61,546 nucleotides of DNA from Carcharhinus longimanus (taxonomy: Eukaryota). A model generated the notes under the pieces. That model was given only the letters and a program-made list of their open reading frames with translations, was not told the origin of the DNA and searched no databases. The stretch covers positions 57,879,171 to 57,940,716 of the forward strand of contig JASCQW010000162.1 of assembly GCA_030264375.1 (NCBI GenBank). Reading direction: 5' to 3'. The position numbers and the translations under genes are program-made. Each line of letters starts with the position of its first letter. Positions within the stretch are counted from its first letter, which is position 1. Positions 60,040-61,546 of the stretch are shown in pieces.

Positions 60040-61546
60040 CAATGACCCGGAACAGCCGACAGAGAGATCCGCGGTGCAGCAAATGAAGAGGAAAGAGTTG
60101 AATTGGACTCGTGGAAGGCTGCTGCCCTCAACTTGACATGTATGCCCAAGCCATCAGGGAGGTGCGTCAATGCCAGATTCATTAGCCGCACTTACAAGAC
60201 AGCCCCAAATGTCACCCAAGCACAACGCAAAGCCATTCGCGCTCTCAAGACCAACGGCAACATTGTCATCAAACCAGCAAAGGAGGGGCCATTGTCATAC
60301 CGAACAGAACGGATTACTACAAAGAAGTGTACCGACAATTCAACAACCAGTAACACTACAGACTGTTACCCGCAGACCCGACCAAAGAACACAACCGTCA
60401 ACTCAACACACTGATCAAGTCCTTTGCTCCAGACCTTCAGAGCACTCTCCGTGCTCTCATCTTACGTATTCCCCGTGTTGGCGATCTCTACTGCCTTCTA
60501 AAGATACACAAGGCCAACACACCGGCTGTCCCATCGTATCAGGCAATGGGACCCTGCATGAGAACCTCTCCGGCTACATCGAGGGAATCCTGAAACCCAT
60601 TGTACAAAGAATCCCCAGCTTCAGTCGTGCCACTATGGACTTCCTACAGAAACTCAGCACATATGGAGCAGTTGAACCAGGAGCACTCCACGTCACAATG
60701 GATGTCTCGGCACGCTACACCAGCATCCCCACGACGACGGCATTGCTGCAACTGCCTCAGTACTCAAAGCCAACAACTGACCATCTCCAGATGCAATTCT
60801 ACAACCCCTCCCTTTCATCCTGGACCACAACGTCTTCACCTTCAACATCCAGGACACGGAACAACCATGAGGACCAAATTCACACCTCAATTTGCCAAGA
60901 TCCTTATGCACAGGTTCGAACAAGACCTCTTCACTTCACAGGACCTTCAACAGATGTTATACACTAGATACGTCAATGACATTTTTTCTTTTGGACTCAT
61001 GGCGAACAGTCATTGAAATAACTATATGATGACATCAACAAGTTCATCCCACCATCAGACACACCATGGACTACTCTCCAGAATTGGTTACATTCTTGAA
61101 TACACGCATCTCCATCAAGGACAGTCACCTTGGCACTTCACTTTACCGCAAACCCACGGATAACCTCATGATGCTCCACTTCTCCAGCTTCCACCCTAAA
61201 CATGTTAAAGAAGCCATCCCCTACAGACAAGCCCTCCGTATACATAGGATCTGCTCAGATGAGGAGGATCGCAACAGATACCTCCAGACGCTGAAAGATG
61301 CCCTCATAAAAACAGGATGTGGCACTCAACTCATCGACAGTTCCGATGCATCACAGCGAAAAACTACACCAACCTCCTCAGAAGACAAACATGGGACATG
61401 GTGGACAGAGTACCCTTCATCATCCAGTGCTTCCCCGAAGCAGAGAAGCTACAACATCTTCTACGGAATCTTCAACATGTCATTGATGAAGACAAACATC
61501 TCGCCAAGGCCATCCCCACACCCCCACTTCTTGCCTTCAAACAACC
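60040..61546 (+). mobile_element. Penelope-like element, decayed reverse transcriptase ORF (runs off the window)
   Basis: NVTQAQRKAIRALKTNGNIVIKPA, LYCLLKIHK, PIVSGNGTLHENLSGYIEGILKPIV, TMDVSARYTSIP, HGTTMRTKFTPQFA, RYVNDIF, TSLYRKPTD, FSSFHPKHVKEAIPYRQALRIHRICSD. Several frameshifts. Confidence 0.92.

Overview
Vertebrate genomic DNA, almost certainly a shark or other elasmobranch, judged from the HE1/V-SINE, Deu-domain (SacSINE-like) SINE, HER1/CR1 and shark-type Penelope repeats. The assembly is a gapped draft. The only clear host gene is HS6ST1 (heparan-sulfate 6-O-sulfotransferase 1). Its first coding exon is on the minus strand at 11235-11881, inside a CpG island. Bases 1-11234 are intron 1 and about 12.3-61.5 kb is upstream intergenic DNA rich in decayed transposons (two Gypsy elements, a solo LTR, CR1, L2, L1, Tx1, Penelope, SINEs, MITEs). 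Best second-look items: (1) a structurally intact minimal type I hammerhead ribozyme in a fold-back Penelope insertion with a 13-bp TSD (22775-23269); (2) a strong-Kozak uORF overlapping both candidate HS6ST1 start codons; (3) a 199-bp inverted templated insertion inside the Gypsy pol; (4) an orphan 76-aa coiled-coil ORF faintly resembling SYCE3; (5) a near-consensus CTCF site about 4.5 kb upstream of the promoter; (6) a false 100-N gap inside the HS6ST1 exon. I did not find a convincing wholly new multi-gene system. Repeat family names come from recognising the sequence, not from a database search, and most repeat boundaries are approximate.
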